Source of the DNA: Ignavibacteriales bacterium
Lineage (GTDB): Bacteria; Bacteroidota; Ignavibacteria; UBA10030; UBA8401
NCBI GenBank assembly: GCA_026390635.1
Contig: JAPLFO010000148.1
Location: forward strand, 124,080 to 188,079
Direction of reading: 5' to 3'
DNA length: 64,000 bases
Position numbers and translations under genes: made by a program. The notes under the pieces were generated by a model. The model was not told the origin of the DNA. It saw nothing but the letters and a program-made list of their open reading frames with translations, and did not search any database. This document shows, piece after piece, positions 38,670 to 48,479 of the stretch; position 1 is the stretch's first letter; each line of letters begins with the position of its first letter.

Positions 38670-41600
38670 TTATGGTGTACGATACTTCGGGACCGCCGGG
38701 AATGTAAACGGATGGTTCTTAATTTTCTGCAGCGCCGTTTCAATCGCTTTCTCCAATTGCAGATCTTTGCCCGCCATGACAGATTGGGGATCGTTGTCGA
38801 CCAGGATATCCGGATCCGCGCCATGGTTTTCGACAAGCCATTTGCCATCGGCATTGTAGAACGCATTGTTGGATTGCTCAACCTTTCCGTTGTCCACCGT
38901 CGTTTGTCCGTTTAAGATTCCCACAAGACCGCCCCAGGAGGGGACACCGATGACTGTTCCAAGTTTGTGCGTTTTAAAGTCCTCAACGAACGCCTCTCCG
39001 TCGGAGCCGTTGTTCTCGTTGGAGATCACAACATAATTCCCCCACGAAGTACTTCCCGGATAGCGGAACGGTTCCATACCGCGCAGGACATTGAATGCCG
39101 TCATTTTGCGCTCCAGTTTGTCGATAAGGAAATACTCCGTCCATCCTCCGCCGTTGCGGCGTACATCGAGGATCAACCCGTCTTTGTACCGGAACGCACG
39201 CCAGAATTTGTTAAACTCTCCGATTCCGCCCGCACCCATTGCGTTGATGTGCATGTAGCCGACCTTGCCATCGCTTGCTTTCAGTACTTTGTTGACATTG
39301 TCGCCCAGCCAATGGAAGTACCGAAGACTTGCATCATACCGAATCGGCTGTACCTCGAAGGTCTTTGCACCGGCCGTCGCGGGTTTACTACCAACCGTGA
39401 CCGTGACTTTTTGGCCGTTGCTGATCTGCAGGTACTTGTTGTAATCTTCCGGAGCTTTGATTTCCTTCCCGTTGATGGCGATGAGGTAATATCCTTCTTT
39501 CACATCAACATCAGGACGCACGAGCGGAGATTTGAGATCGGCATTGATTTCGGTTGGACCATAAATGGTTGAAAACATGTAGTAGCCGCTCTTCTTGTCC
39601 GCCGTCAGATCGGCGCCAAGCCAGCCGGTGTAAAGCGGGGAATTTTGCGGCAGACTCGGTCCCATGTCGCCGCCGCTGACGTACGTGTGCGAAACGCAGA
39701 GTTCACCCACCAATTGCTGCAGCACCCAATTCAGTTCTTCACGGGAACTGATCATGGGGATATACGCCCGATAACGATCCCCCAACGCTTTCCAATCGCG
39801 ACCATGCATGTTTTTGTCATAGAAGAAATCGTTGTACCATCGCCACGCATCGTTGAATATCTGCGTCCACTCTTTTCTGTAGTCAAGGTAGTATGTCAAT
39901 GACGCGAGAGAGAGTTTTGATCCGATTCCTTTCGATTGATATGCCTTCTCCAGCGAGGTGGTAAAGACATCTCCATCCTTTTGCAGAATCAGGTTTTCAC
40001 AGTTTGCAGAAAAATCATACGCGCGGATTTTGTCGTTGAGAACATTTTCCTTTTTGTCTCCCATATCGAAAACATGAAGCTGCCACTTTGATGACACACC
40101 CGGTTTGAAGACTTCTTCATATTCTGCTTCCGTGAATTGATCGACAGAGCACCATGTCACCTTTCCCTTTCCTGCTTTCAGATAGAAATAATTGCCCGAT
40201 TCTACCGGAAGCGAGTACGTCCGCTGCAGAAGTCCGTCTGCATCCACCTGCACGGTGTTTCCGCTTTTCTTCTCGGCGGAGGAGCCTTCTGTAAACGGCG
40301 GCTTTTCGCCTGCCTTCAATTGTACCGCCATCACCTTGTACGGTGCGCGAACAATGTGATTGTCCTCATAGAAATCCATCTGCAAACCAAAATCTCTGCT
40401 GGAAAGATAGTAGAGATAGTCTCCGTTGGCATCGAACGCGGGATTCAAATTGTCATAGAAGTCGTTTGTGACCGCAATCTTTTTTTCCTGCTCCAGATTG
40501 TAGCTGAAAATCTGGCTGTTACGATTGTATTGAACGAACGAATAGCAGATCCATTTGCTGTCCGGTGACCAGTTGTAGTCGCTGATTTCCCAGTAGAATT
40601 CGTCGTTTTTCATCTGATGTGATTCGTCGATTGTAACGAGCTTTTTTGTCGCAACATCAAGAACAAACAATGCAAAGTCCTTGTTGCCAAAAAGAATTTT
40701 CTTTCCGTCCGGAGACCAGAGCATATGATACACGGTGCGTTCAAGTGCGGTGGTTAATTGCGTCCACTCACCTCCATCAACGCTCTGGATGTACAACTGG
40801 TACGTACCGAACTTGTCCGAGAAAAATGCCACAGTCTTGCCGTCGGGCGACATCTGTGGATACATCTCGCGCGATTCGGGTGTCAACGAGAGATTCTTCG
40901 CATCGCCCTTTTCCGTCGGCACAATAAAAACATCACCGCGGGCTTCCACAACCGCCTTTTTGCCGTCATTGGAGATTCCGAAACTATGCACATAATCTTT
41001 TACCGTCACATATTTTGACCGGAGCGACCAGCGATCCGACGGACATACGACACTAATTTTTGCGGGAGCGGCCGAGACGGAAGCAGTATTCCACACGTTC
41101 AGATATCCATCGTGCAAAAAGACTATTTGCTGCCCGTCTGTCGAAGGCATCATGACATCGACGTCGGAATAATTGGTAATGAGAGAGACGGCGTTGCCAG
41201 AGAGATCCCGCCCATAGAGGTTGGAAACTCCATTGGTGCTGTCGGACACGAAGAAAAGAGTATTGCCTATCCACATCGGGTAACTATTCTTTCCAACATA
41301 GGTTGATATCGACCGGAATTGTCTAGAGACAAAATCGTAGGACCATATATCCTGATACTGACCGCCTTTGTAGCGTTTCCAGTAGTATTCCGATGTGCCT
41401 TTGCGGGTGTAATACATTTTTGATTCATCCAAATTGAAACTGCACAAACTGCCGCGATCAATGGGAAACCTCTCCGGCAGGCTGCCGTCCGGGGAGACGA
41501 AATAGAGATTTGGGTCGCGCCCGACGACGTTGTCAAAATAGGAGCGGAAGATAATGCGCCCTGTTTTAGGCGTCCAGCCGACGACCTGGCCGCCGCCGGG

Positions 41601-41918
41601 CTGATACGTGACGCGACGCGGTTCGCCTCCTTCCGCTGGAATTACATAGACATTCTGCGACCCATCATAGGATCCGGTGAACGCTATCCATTTTCCATCC
41701 GGCGAGAATTTCGGATAGCCTTCAACGCCGGGAGAATTTGTCAATCGGGTCGCAGTTCCGCCGGCGGAACTGACAACCCAGAGATCGTTTTCGTAGGAAA
41801 AAGCGATCTTGTCTTTATAGATATCAGGATTTCGCATAAAGCGTGCTTCATCCGCGGAATAGCACACAGAGCTGACTAAGACAAAACAGCTCAGCAGCAG
41901 CATGGATTTTGTTTTCAT
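38670..41918 (-). CDS. Tricorn protease homolog (secreted; beta-propellers + PDZ + S41 peptidase domain)
   Basis: Signal peptide. N-terminal IYKDKIAFSYENDLWVVSSAGG propeller motif. 1082 aa with a C-terminal S41-like catalytic region. Confidence 0.85.
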   Translation of the reverse strand: MKTKSMLLLSCFVLVSSVCYSADEARFMRNPDIYKDKIAFSYENDLWVVSSAGGTATRLTNSPGVEGYPKFSPDGKWIAFTGSYDGSQNVYVIPAEGGEPRRVTYQPGGGQVVGWTPKTGRIIFRSYFDNVVGRDPNLYFVSPDGSLPERFPIDRGSLCSFNLDESKMYYTRKGTSEYYWKRYKGGQYQDIWSYDFVSRQFRSISTYVGKNSYPMWIGNTLFFVSDSTNGVSNLYGRDLSGNAVSLITNYSDVDVMMPSTDGQQIVFLHDGYLNVWNTASVSAAPAKISVVCPSDRWSLRSKYVTVKDYVHSFGISNDGKKAVVEARGDVFIVPTEKGDAKNLSLTPESREMYPQMSPDGKTVAFFSDKFGTYQLYIQSVDGGEWTQLTTALERTVYHMLWSPDGKKILFGNKDFALFVLDVATKKLVTIDESHQMKNDEFYWEISDYNWSPDSKWICYSFVQYNRNSQIFSYNLEQEKKIAVTNDFYDNLNPAFDANGDYLYYLSSRDFGLQMDFYEDNHIVRAPYKVMAVQLKAGEKPPFTEGSSAEKKSGNTVQVDADGLLQRTYSLPVESGNYFYLKAGKGKVTWCSVDQFTEAEYEEVFKPGVSSKWQLHVFDMGDKKENVLNDKIRAYDFSANCENLILQKDGDVFTTSLEKAYQSKGIGSKLSLASLTYYLDYRKEWTQIFNDAWRWYNDFFYDKNMHGRDWKALGDRYRAYIPMISSREELNWVLQQLVGELCVSHTYVSGGDMGPSLPQNSPLYTGWLGADLTADKKSGYYMFSTIYGPTEINADLKSPLVRPDVDVKEGYYLIAINGKEIKAPEDYNKYLQISNGQKVTVTVGSKPATAGAKTFEVQPIRYDASLRYFHWLGDNVNKVLKASDGKVGYMHINAMGAGGIGEFNKFWRAFRYKDGLILDVRRNGGGWTEYFLIDKLERKMTAFNVLRGMEPFRYPGSTSWGNYVVISNENNGSDGEAFVEDFKTHKLGTVIGVPSWGGLVGILNGQTTVDNGKVEQSNNAFYNADGKWLVENHGADPDILVDNDPQSVMAGKDLQLEKAIETALQKIKNHPFTFPAVPKYRTP

Positions 41919-41957
41919 GTGTAATCCTTATGATTTTGTTGCATAATTATTTCCTCA

Positions 41958-42021
41958 GTCACCGAGCCCCGCCGGTCACCGAGCGAAGCCGAGGTGACCG
42001 AGCGAAGCCGAGGTGACCGAG
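41958..42021 (+). repeat. Tandem array (3.5 copies) of a 19-bp GC-rich unit GT(C/G)ACCGAGCGAAGCCGAG
   Basis: Units at 41958-41974 (variant), 41975-41993, 41994-42012 and a partial unit at 42013-42021. Adjacent units form GGTCACC/GGTGACC stems. Confidence 0.9.
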
Positions 42022-42145
42022 AACATTATCGCCTTACTCTTTGTCGCCCCTACTTCATTCAACCGCCGCATTCTTGCCGCTATTGGAACATTTAGCCAAC
42101 TCATGAAGGCGATCATATTCTTGTGCGATGAGAGCTCTCTTCTTT

Positions 42146-42358
42146 TCATGTGACCAGTTTTGCACTTGTTTCTCTCTTAAACGCATCTTCGACGCGTTCA
42201 TATTCTTCTATATATGCCAATGTCACCGGCAGACGGTTCTTGGTATATACTGCACCATATCCCAATCGATGTTGCTCCAACCGTCTCTCTATATCGTTCG
42301 CACTTCCAGTGTAGTATGTGCCATCTGAACATTCTAGAATGTACATGAAGCCTTTCAT
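42146..42358 (-). CDS. GIY-YIG nuclease-family protein (YhbQ/SLX1-like). The C-terminus continues in another frame to about 42055.
   Basis: MKGFMYILECSDGTYYTGSANDIERRLEQH...YTKNRLPVTLAYIEEY is a GIY-YIG core. The conserved tail (QVQNWSHEKKRALIAQ) is only read after a 1-nt shift near the TTT run at 42169-42171. Confidence 0.7.
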   Translation of the reverse strand: MKGFMYILECSDGTYYTGSANDIERRLEQHRLGYGAVYTKNRLPVTLAYIEEYERVEDAFKRETSAKLVT

Positions 42359-42390
42359 GCACTCCCCCGTGTATGTTTGAATATTTGACA

Positions 42391-42410
42391 CCTCGGCTTC
42401 GCTCGGTGAC
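42391..42410 (-). repeat. Inverted copy of the 19-bp repeat unit (CCTCGGCTTCGCTCGGTGAC)
   Basis: Exact reverse complement of GTCACCGAGCGAAGCCGAGG from the tandem array at 41975-41994. Confidence 0.85.
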
Positions 42411-42476
42411 CGACACCTCAACGGTCATAGAGCACGGTCGAGATGACAATTGACAGCACCCCATTGTCGTTCATCG

Positions 42477-42498
42477 CCTCGGCTTCGTTCGGCGAGCG
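42477..42498 (-). repeat. Second, diverged inverted copy of the repeat unit (CCTCGGCTTCGTTCGGCGAGCG)
   Basis: Its reverse complement CGCTCGCCGAACGAAGCCGAGG matches the family core. Confidence 0.7.
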
Positions 42499-42504
42499 AA
42501 CTCT

Positions 42505-43653
42505 CTATCTCACCAACAGCATGCTTCTGGTTTCGACGGTAGCACCGACCTGTCCGTTCCGACCTTCGGTCGGAACGAGATCTCGTCGTGCCAACGGCAC
42601 GGCGGACAAGCGGTAAAAATAGACTCCGGAGGTTAATGAACCGGCATCAAACATCTGCTCATAGCTGCCAGCCGACAATTCCCGGTTCACCAGCGTTCGC
42701 ACTTCCCGGCCCAGAGCGTCATACACTATCAGGGTCACAAGAGCCTGCCGATCCAACGAATAACGAATCATCGTCGATGGATTGAATGGATTCGGAAAAT
42801 TCTGCTGCAATGCGAAGACAGCCGGAGATGTCGAGAGTTGATCGATTTTCATCGGCATGCCGGCCCGAACCGAAGCGGTGTAGATTAGAGATGCTAGTTT
42901 CTCCGTTGCTTTCTGTATCAGGTGACCGGTCATTGTCTGTGTATTTGACCATAGAGCGGCATAGTATGCCGTGCTCGACGTAGAGCCACCTGCGGCGGCC
43001 TTAGCCGCACTGTCCGCGTGAATGACAGAATCAACGTAAGGATAGGATGCAGCGCAAAAACTGAAAGCGTCATCCAGCGGACTATTGACGAATGAAACAC
43101 CTGCCGGCGTGATGATGATTTCAGTCAGATGCGGATTGATCATGGACGTTTCATATCGACTGTGAAGACCACCGGGATTATAATTGTTGGTGACGTGAAG
43201 CGGCATTGTGGCGTCAGCGACATAGTGGGACAAATCGGACAGATACAAAATCAGCTTTGAAGAGTCCTGAGATTTGAATGCGACAACCAGCGAATCAAAC
43301 GTCCATGCAATCGCCCATGGCAGGATGCCGTTGTCCATTACATATGCAGATCCATATTTTGCTGAGAGCGAATCCAGATTGTGCGTCAGCGTTCCGGTGA
43401 AGAATTCCGGATAGATGTCCTGATCAATGTAGTGCCTGTATTGTTCCAACGGATGCGCTGCATCTTTTCTACTATCCGGATCGCTCGAATGCGCAGAGAT
43501 GGCATCAACATTCCGCACCACGAATCCCATCGACGCCGGAATATGTTTCCCGAATTCCTTTCCAATGAACTTGTGCGTATTTCCTCCCCAACCCAATGCC
43601 GTTGCCGACGAAAGAAAAAACGCCAGAACGACGGCGATTGTGTTGTTTTTCAT
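42505..43653 (-). CDS. Secreted S1/P1-type zinc nuclease with a T9SS (Por) C-terminal sorting domain
   Basis: After the signal peptide the mature N-terminus is WG..H (ALGWGGNTHKF), as in S1/P1 nucleases. The C-terminus is PNPFNPSTMIRYSL...VYDALGREV...GVYFYRL...MLLVR, a T9SS type-A CTD. Confidence 0.8.
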   Translation of the reverse strand: MKNNTIAVVLAFFLSSATALGWGGNTHKFIGKEFGKHIPASMGFVVRNVDAISAHSSDPDSRKDAAHPLEQYRHYIDQDIYPEFFTGTLTHNLDSLSAKYGSAYVMDNGILPWAIAWTFDSLVVAFKSQDSSKLILYLSDLSHYVADATMPLHVTNNYNPGGLHSRYETSMINPHLTEIIITPAGVSFVNSPLDDAFSFCAASYPYVDSVIHADSAAKAAAGGSTSSTAYYAALWSNTQTMTGHLIQKATEKLASLIYTASVRAGMPMKIDQLSTSPAVFALQQNFPNPFNPSTMIRYSLDRQALVTLIVYDALGREVRTLVNRELSAGSYEQMFDAGSLTSGVYFYRLSAVPLARRDLVPTEGRNGQVGATVETRSMLLVR

Positions 43654-43709
43654 AGCCTCTCCTCTTTTTTGAATGCATAATGCCCCGATTTCGCTCTCCC
43701 TGCTTGTTG

Positions 43710-44822
43710 CTATTCAACTCTGAATTTCTTTGAACGAAGAACAACCCGCGCACGTGCAGCCATTTCTGCCGTATCGAAAGAAAGCCGAAACGTTCCTCCA
43801 CGTCCTTCCCGAATCTTGAGAAGCTCAATATCTTTGATATTCAATTGCTCCCGAAATAAAATCTGTGTCATCGTCGCCAGCACGCCCGGCGTATCATTCA
43901 CCCAGACAAACACATCGTGCAGCGGATGAAGAAATCCCTTGGAACTCCTGGGAATCGCATCGCGAAAATGCTTGGCTGTCTCGAATCGCCTGCCGGTTGG
44001 CCGCAATTTGCTTGCTGCAAGATCTTTATCATACGATCCCAGCACTGATTTGAATTCGCGCAGTGCTCTCCTGATTTCCGGCGCATTTCCGGAAAGGATA
44101 TCTTTCCACATTGGAAACGGGCTGGACGCAATGCGCGTGATATCGCGGAATCCACCTGCCGCCAACTGCAGCATGGAAGAGTCTTTGTTGTTCTCCCGGA
44201 TCGCCATCGTCATCATTGCAACAGCAAGAAGCTGCGGCAGATGACTCACCACGGCGGCAGCACGATCGTGTTGTCCGGCATCCATCAACAGCAGGCGCGC
44301 TCCCAACGCTTTAATGACGTCCACCAGCGGCCGGTACGATGCGCGCTTATGACGGTCCGGACACAAAACATACACCGCATTTTGGAACAGCAGCGGATCC
44401 GCGTGAGCGATTCCGCTTCCTTCAGAACCTGCCATCGGATGGCCGCCGACAAATATTCCCTTTTTCCGGAATGTTTTCCTGGCGACAGATTGAACGGCGC
44501 CCTTGACGCTGCCGACATCAGTCACAATTGTCTGCGGCTGCACGTAACGGGCAATCCGGGGAAGAAGGGAAAGGATGGAGGAAATCGGCGTGCAAAGAAA
44601 AACGATATCGGCATTGCGCACCGCAGCTGCCAGCGCAGGCGCAGCCACGTGAATCGCACCGCGCTTGCGTGCCTGTTTGAGTACGCCCGGCTCATCATAG
44701 CCGGTCACAATCGCATGTGGAATATTTTGTGCGATCGCCATACCGAGCGAACCGCCAATAACGCCAAGCCCGATGATGGAAATATTCAACTGATCCGATG
44801 ATGGCCCAATGGACGTCGCCAT
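43710..44822 (-). CDS. tyrA: Prephenate dehydrogenase with a C-terminal ACT domain
   Basis: Rossmann N-terminus IIGLGVIGGSLGMA, the PDH core and a C-terminal regulatory ACT-like segment. Confidence 0.85.
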   Translation of the reverse strand: MATSIGPSSDQLNISIIGLGVIGGSLGMAIAQNIPHAIVTGYDEPGVLKQARKRGAIHVAAPALAAAVRNADIVFLCTPISSILSLLPRIARYVQPQTIVTDVGSVKGAVQSVARKTFRKKGIFVGGHPMAGSEGSGIAHADPLLFQNAVYVLCPDRHKRASYRPLVDVIKALGARLLLMDAGQHDRAAAVVSHLPQLLAVAMMTMAIRENNKDSSMLQLAAGGFRDITRIASSPFPMWKDILSGNAPEIRRALREFKSVLGSYDKDLAASKLRPTGRRFETAKHFRDAIPRSSKGFLHPLHDVFVWVNDTPGVLATMTQILFREQLNIKDIELLKIREGRGGTFRLSFDTAEMAARARVVLRSKKFRVE

Positions 44823-44826
44823 GAAT

Positions 44827-45846
44827 TTATGCTACGCTCCGTCCGATTGCTTCCGCAATAATACGAACCTGCTGCATCAATTCTTTGAACTGCTCCGGAT
44901 AGAGCGACTGTGCCCCATCCGATTTTGCATGATCGGGATCATGATGCACTTCGACGATGATGCCGTCGGCACCGGCCGCAACGGCCGCGCGCGCCATCGG
45001 GATCACTTTGTTTCTGATGCCAATACCATGCGATGGATCTGCAATGATGGGAAGATGGCTTTTCGAATGAATGACCGGAATCGCACCGATATCCATTGTG
45101 TTGCGCGTTGCCGTCTCAAACGTCCGGATCCCCCGTTCGCACAACATAACATTGTGATTTCCCCCGGAGAGAATATATTCGGCGGACATCAGCCACTCTT
45201 CGAACGTAGAAGCCGGCCCGCGTTTGAGCATCACCGGTTTGGATGACTTTCCCAGTTCTTTCAGGAAAGTAAAATTCTGCATGTTCCGCGCACCAACCTG
45301 CAGGATGTCGGAATATTTTTCCACGGTAGCGATTTGCGACATATCCATCACTTCCGTAATCACCTGAAGGCCGAATTCATCTGCCGCCTTGCGCATCATT
45401 TTGAGACCCGGTTCTCCCATTCCCTGAAATGCATAGGGCGATGTCCTCGGTTTGAAAGCGCCGCCGCGCAAAAACTTTGCACCGTTTTCCGCCACGCTCT
45501 TCGCAATAGTCATAATCTGCGATTCACTCTCCACCGAACACGGGCCCGCCATCACCACCACAACGGCAGAACCGCCGATTTTCACCCCCCCGACATCGAG
45601 TATGGAATCCTCCCGCCTGAAGGAACGGCTGGCAAGTTTGAATGGTTCGCTGATCCGATAGACCTGTGCAACGCCGGGCAGAAGTTCAATCTGGCGCGTG
45701 TCAAAATCCGGTTGGACGCCGATGGCACCAAGGACGGTTTGATTGACACCTGTCGACCGGTGAACATCAAATCCACAATCGTGCAGCGCCTTGATGATTT
45801 GTTCTATACTACTTTCAGACGCCTTCTCCTGCACTACAACTACCAT
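44827..45846 (-). CDS. 3-deoxy-7-phosphoheptulonate (DAHP) synthase, KDO8PS-like class I-beta with an N-terminal ferredoxin-like regulatory domain
   Basis: GPCSVES...KPRTSPY...ADPSHG motifs. Start is reset to the ATG with an AAAGGAG RBS; the first listed start is a GTG. Confidence 0.85.
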   Translation of the reverse strand: MVVVVQEKASESSIEQIIKALHDCGFDVHRSTGVNQTVLGAIGVQPDFDTRQIELLPGVAQVYRISEPFKLASRSFRREDSILDVGGVKIGGSAVVVVMAGPCSVESESQIMTIAKSVAENGAKFLRGGAFKPRTSPYAFQGMGEPGLKMMRKAADEFGLQVITEVMDMSQIATVEKYSDILQVGARNMQNFTFLKELGKSSKPVMLKRGPASTFEEWLMSAEYILSGGNHNVMLCERGIRTFETATRNTMDIGAIPVIHSKSHLPIIADPSHGIGIRNKVIPMARAAVAAGADGIIVEVHHDPDHAKSDGAQSLYPEQFKELMQQVRIIAEAIGRSVA

Positions 45847-45922
45847 AACCGCTCCTTTGAAATAAAAATGCACATCACATTAAGCCCACATTAACAATTC
45901 CCGCATCCCTATTGCACAAACG

Positions 45923-46681
45923 CTATTCGTATCGATCCAGCTTGAACGCTTCGCCGAGGTAGAGCCTTCTCGCCTCCGGATCGTTGGCAAGATATTCCGC
46001 CGTTCCGGTTTTCAGAATTCTTCCTTCGAAGAGCAGGTACGATCTATCCGTGATCGAAAGAGTTTCGTGCACGTTGTGATCTGTGATCAACACACCGATT
46101 CCCCGGTCACGCAATCCAGTGACAATTTTCATGATTTCTTCAACAGCGATCGGATCGATGCCGGCAAACGGTTCATCCAGCAGAATAAATTTCGGTTCCA
46201 TGGCAAGAGAGCGCGCAATCTCCGTTCTGCGTCGTTCACCTCCTGAGAGCACGTAGCCCATGCTCTTTGCAAGATGACCAAGCCCGAATTCCTCCATCAG
46301 TCTGTCGCAGCGCTGGTTCTGGTCTTTCGTCGAAAGTTTTGTCATCTGCAGTACTGACAGGATATTCTCGCGCACGCTCAATGTGCGAAAGACAGATGCT
46401 TCCTGGGGCAGATATCCAATGCCGGCGCGGGCACGTTTGTACATCGCCGCACGGGTGATGACCGCATCATTCAGAAGCACCGTCCCGGCAGTCGGACGAA
46501 TCATACCCACGATCATATAGAACGTTGTTGTTTTTCCTGCACCGTTCGGACCGAGCAGCCCGACAATTTCTCCCTGACGCACACTGATAGAGACGTCGTT
46601 GACGACGGTTCGCTTATTATACCGCTTGACAAGATGCTCGGCACGAAGTGTCGCCGGAGCAGTTACGTTTTCAGTTTCCAT
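45923..46681 (-). CDS. lptB: LPS export ABC transporter ATP-binding protein LptB
   Basis: Walker [10 protein letters not shown], signature LSGGERRR and the LptB-specific FAGIDP and ITDHNV motifs. Confidence 0.9.
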   Translation of the reverse strand: METENVTAPATLRAEHLVKRYNKRTVVNDVSISVRQGEIVGLLGPNGAGKTTTFYMIVGMIRPTAGTVLLNDAVITRAAMYKRARAGIGYLPQEASVFRTLSVRENILSVLQMTKLSTKDQNQRCDRLMEEFGLGHLAKSMGYVLSGGERRRTEIARSLAMEPKFILLDEPFAGIDPIAVEEIMKIVTGLRDRGIGVLITDHNVHETLSITDRSYLLFEGRILKTGTAEYLANDPEARRLYLGEAFKLDRYE

Positions 46682-47952
46682 AGTCCATTCATTGCGCGCT
46701 GCGGCCTGTTCAAACGCAGGCGGAATCCGTCCAGATTATATTTGCCGTGCTCTTTCCCCACCATATTTTCGGGATAGTAAGAGCCTTCCACCCCTTTTCG
46801 CACACGGATGATATCCGGCTTGCCGCCGGCAAACGTCATCGAAATAAAATCGCCGCTTGTTTTGTTGGCGCCGTTCGGGTCTCTTCCATCATACAGAAAG
46901 TAGAGGCTGATAGAATTCTGTTCGACATCCACGCGGCGGAGCTTGCTGTCGGAAAACGCGAATGTCATGCGCTGTCCCGACAACTGGTTACACCGGAGCG
47001 GATACAAGCTATCGCTCGGCGAGACGGCAAACGCCCGTCCCCGTACATAGGCGCGGCTCAGTTTCCCATTCTCGAGTGCGAGTGAGATGGAATCGCCCGT
47101 CAGTTGATTGTCGTCGTACCAGACCACCGGTTCCTCATTCAGGTCCATGATACCGCGCGAACGATAGTATTTTGCCAGAGCACACCGGGCCGCGAGTTTC
47201 CCTTTCACGATTGCAACGCTGTCCGATGCGAACAGTCGGCCGGTGGAGTCATTGTATGACTCCATGGTACTACTGCGCACTTCCAACGTATCAATTTCTC
47301 CACTGGAGGCGGTGTCAATCTGTACGACGTACGGCTGCTCCGTCATCTTGCTGTACTGAAGCGAATCCGAATGAATCAGATGATTACCGTAGAGTACCAG
47401 GTTGTTCTCATGGTTTTCAACACGCACATTTTGAACGGCAATCGATTCGCGCCGCTTCTCATAGTACGTCAGCGCATCGCAAAATATCGTAGACGATGCA
47501 TCTTTCACTACCACGTGATTACGGAAAATCGCCCTGCTTTCTTCCGTAAAATAGTCGCCGAAGTCCGCCGTCAAAACAACATGGCTTGTGGTCAACTGCA
47601 CTGCTCCGTCGCAAACGGCTTTGCGGTCGTTACCAAACCACCGCCCATGGCGGGCTGTCAGCGTCACCGTATCCCGCACTACTTTTACATTGCCCATCAA
47701 TTCGACTTCGTCCCGTACCAGAAACCGGATGGCCCGATCACACCATACACGTACATTTCCCTGCCGGAGACGCACATGGCCGTTCAGTTCCTGCAAATCC
47801 TCCCCATTGACGCGTTTGCCCAGGAACTCATCGGCATAGTCGAGCAGAATCGGACTTTTCGACTGCGCTGGCACAGACGGGGGAAACAGTTGCACGGTGA
47901 ACACGACGGCAATCATATACCGGCAGAATATTTTCAACCGCTCTGCTATCAC
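46663..47952 (-). CDS. LptA/OstA-family periplasmic LPS-transport protein (multi OstA-like domain)
   Basis: Signal peptide and repeated OstA_N-like beta-jellyroll segments ([13 protein letters not shown]...MGNVKVV...). It overlaps lptB by 19 nt. Confidence 0.65.
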   Translation of the reverse strand: MIAERLKIFCRYMIAVVFTVQLFPPSVPAQSKSPILLDYADEFLGKRVNGEDLQELNGHVRLRQGNVRVWCDRAIRFLVRDEVELMGNVKVVRDTVTLTARHGRWFGNDRKAVCDGAVQLTTSHVVLTADFGDYFTEESRAIFRNHVVVKDASSTIFCDALTYYEKRRESIAVQNVRVENHENNLVLYGNHLIHSDSLQYSKMTEQPYVVQIDTASSGEIDTLEVRSSTMESYNDSTGRLFASDSVAIVKGKLAARCALAKYYRSRGIMDLNEEPVVWYDDNQLTGDSISLALENGKLSRAYVRGRAFAVSPSDSLYPLRCNQLSGQRMTFAFSDSKLRRVDVEQNSISLYFLYDGRDPNGANKTSGDFISMTFAGGKPDIIRVRKGVEGSYYPENMVGKEHGKYNLDGFRLRLNRPQRAMNGLWKLKT

Positions 47953-48479
47953 TTAGCTTGTGCGCTCCCGGTAACCTTGAAAATTCTATAATTCTTCAAA
48001 TTCTGATCCGATTCAAATCCCTGACCCTGCAGTTGTTCTGTCGGCGACGTGATTTTCACAAATGCGTCGGAGTAGATCTTTTGCCGCGCATTGTCCCAGA
48101 TCAATTTGTCCGTCACCACAATGACCCCGCTGTCCGATTTTACTACGACGTTCCCGACGGCCTCCAGATTGTTCGATGCCTCATCCACGCTTCCCCGTTG
48201 CGACGTCAACACCGAAGAGTGACGGCCAAGGGCATCAAAAAAATCCACATGCACGCCGTTATCGAGAAATGTCTGGCGCGAGTTATCGAACGCAAAAATG
48301 TGTCCCGCTTTCAGAATCGCCTTCGTCACACCCGAGTCGGAGAATTCCACCGTGCTTCCCCAGCTTTCCTGCGAAGGAATCGCCGCACTGGGCAATCCAC
48401 CCAGCACAGAGGGCTTGATTTTTTCTGCGCAGCCCGAGAAGGATGCAATCAGCAGCACCGCAAAAAACATTTGTTTCAC
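47949..48479 (-). CDS. LptC-like lipoprotein
   Basis: Lipobox LLIASFSGC. Its size and position between kdsD and the lptA-like gene match lptC in kds-lpt operons. Confidence 0.55.
   Translation of the reverse strand: MKQMFFAVLLIASFSGCAEKIKPSVLGGLPSAAIPSQESWGSTVEFSDSGVTKAILKAGHIFAFDNSRQTFLDNGVHVDFFDALGRHSSVLTSQRGSVDEASNNLEAVGNVVVKSDSGVIVVTDKLIWDNARQKIYSDAFVKITSPTEQLQGQGFESDQNLKNYRIFKVTGSAQAK

Noticed and set aside
41958-42021. Possible CRISPR array
   Set aside because: The 19-bp units are directly abutting with no spacers, only 3.5 copies, and no cas genes. It is a tandem repeat, not CRISPR.
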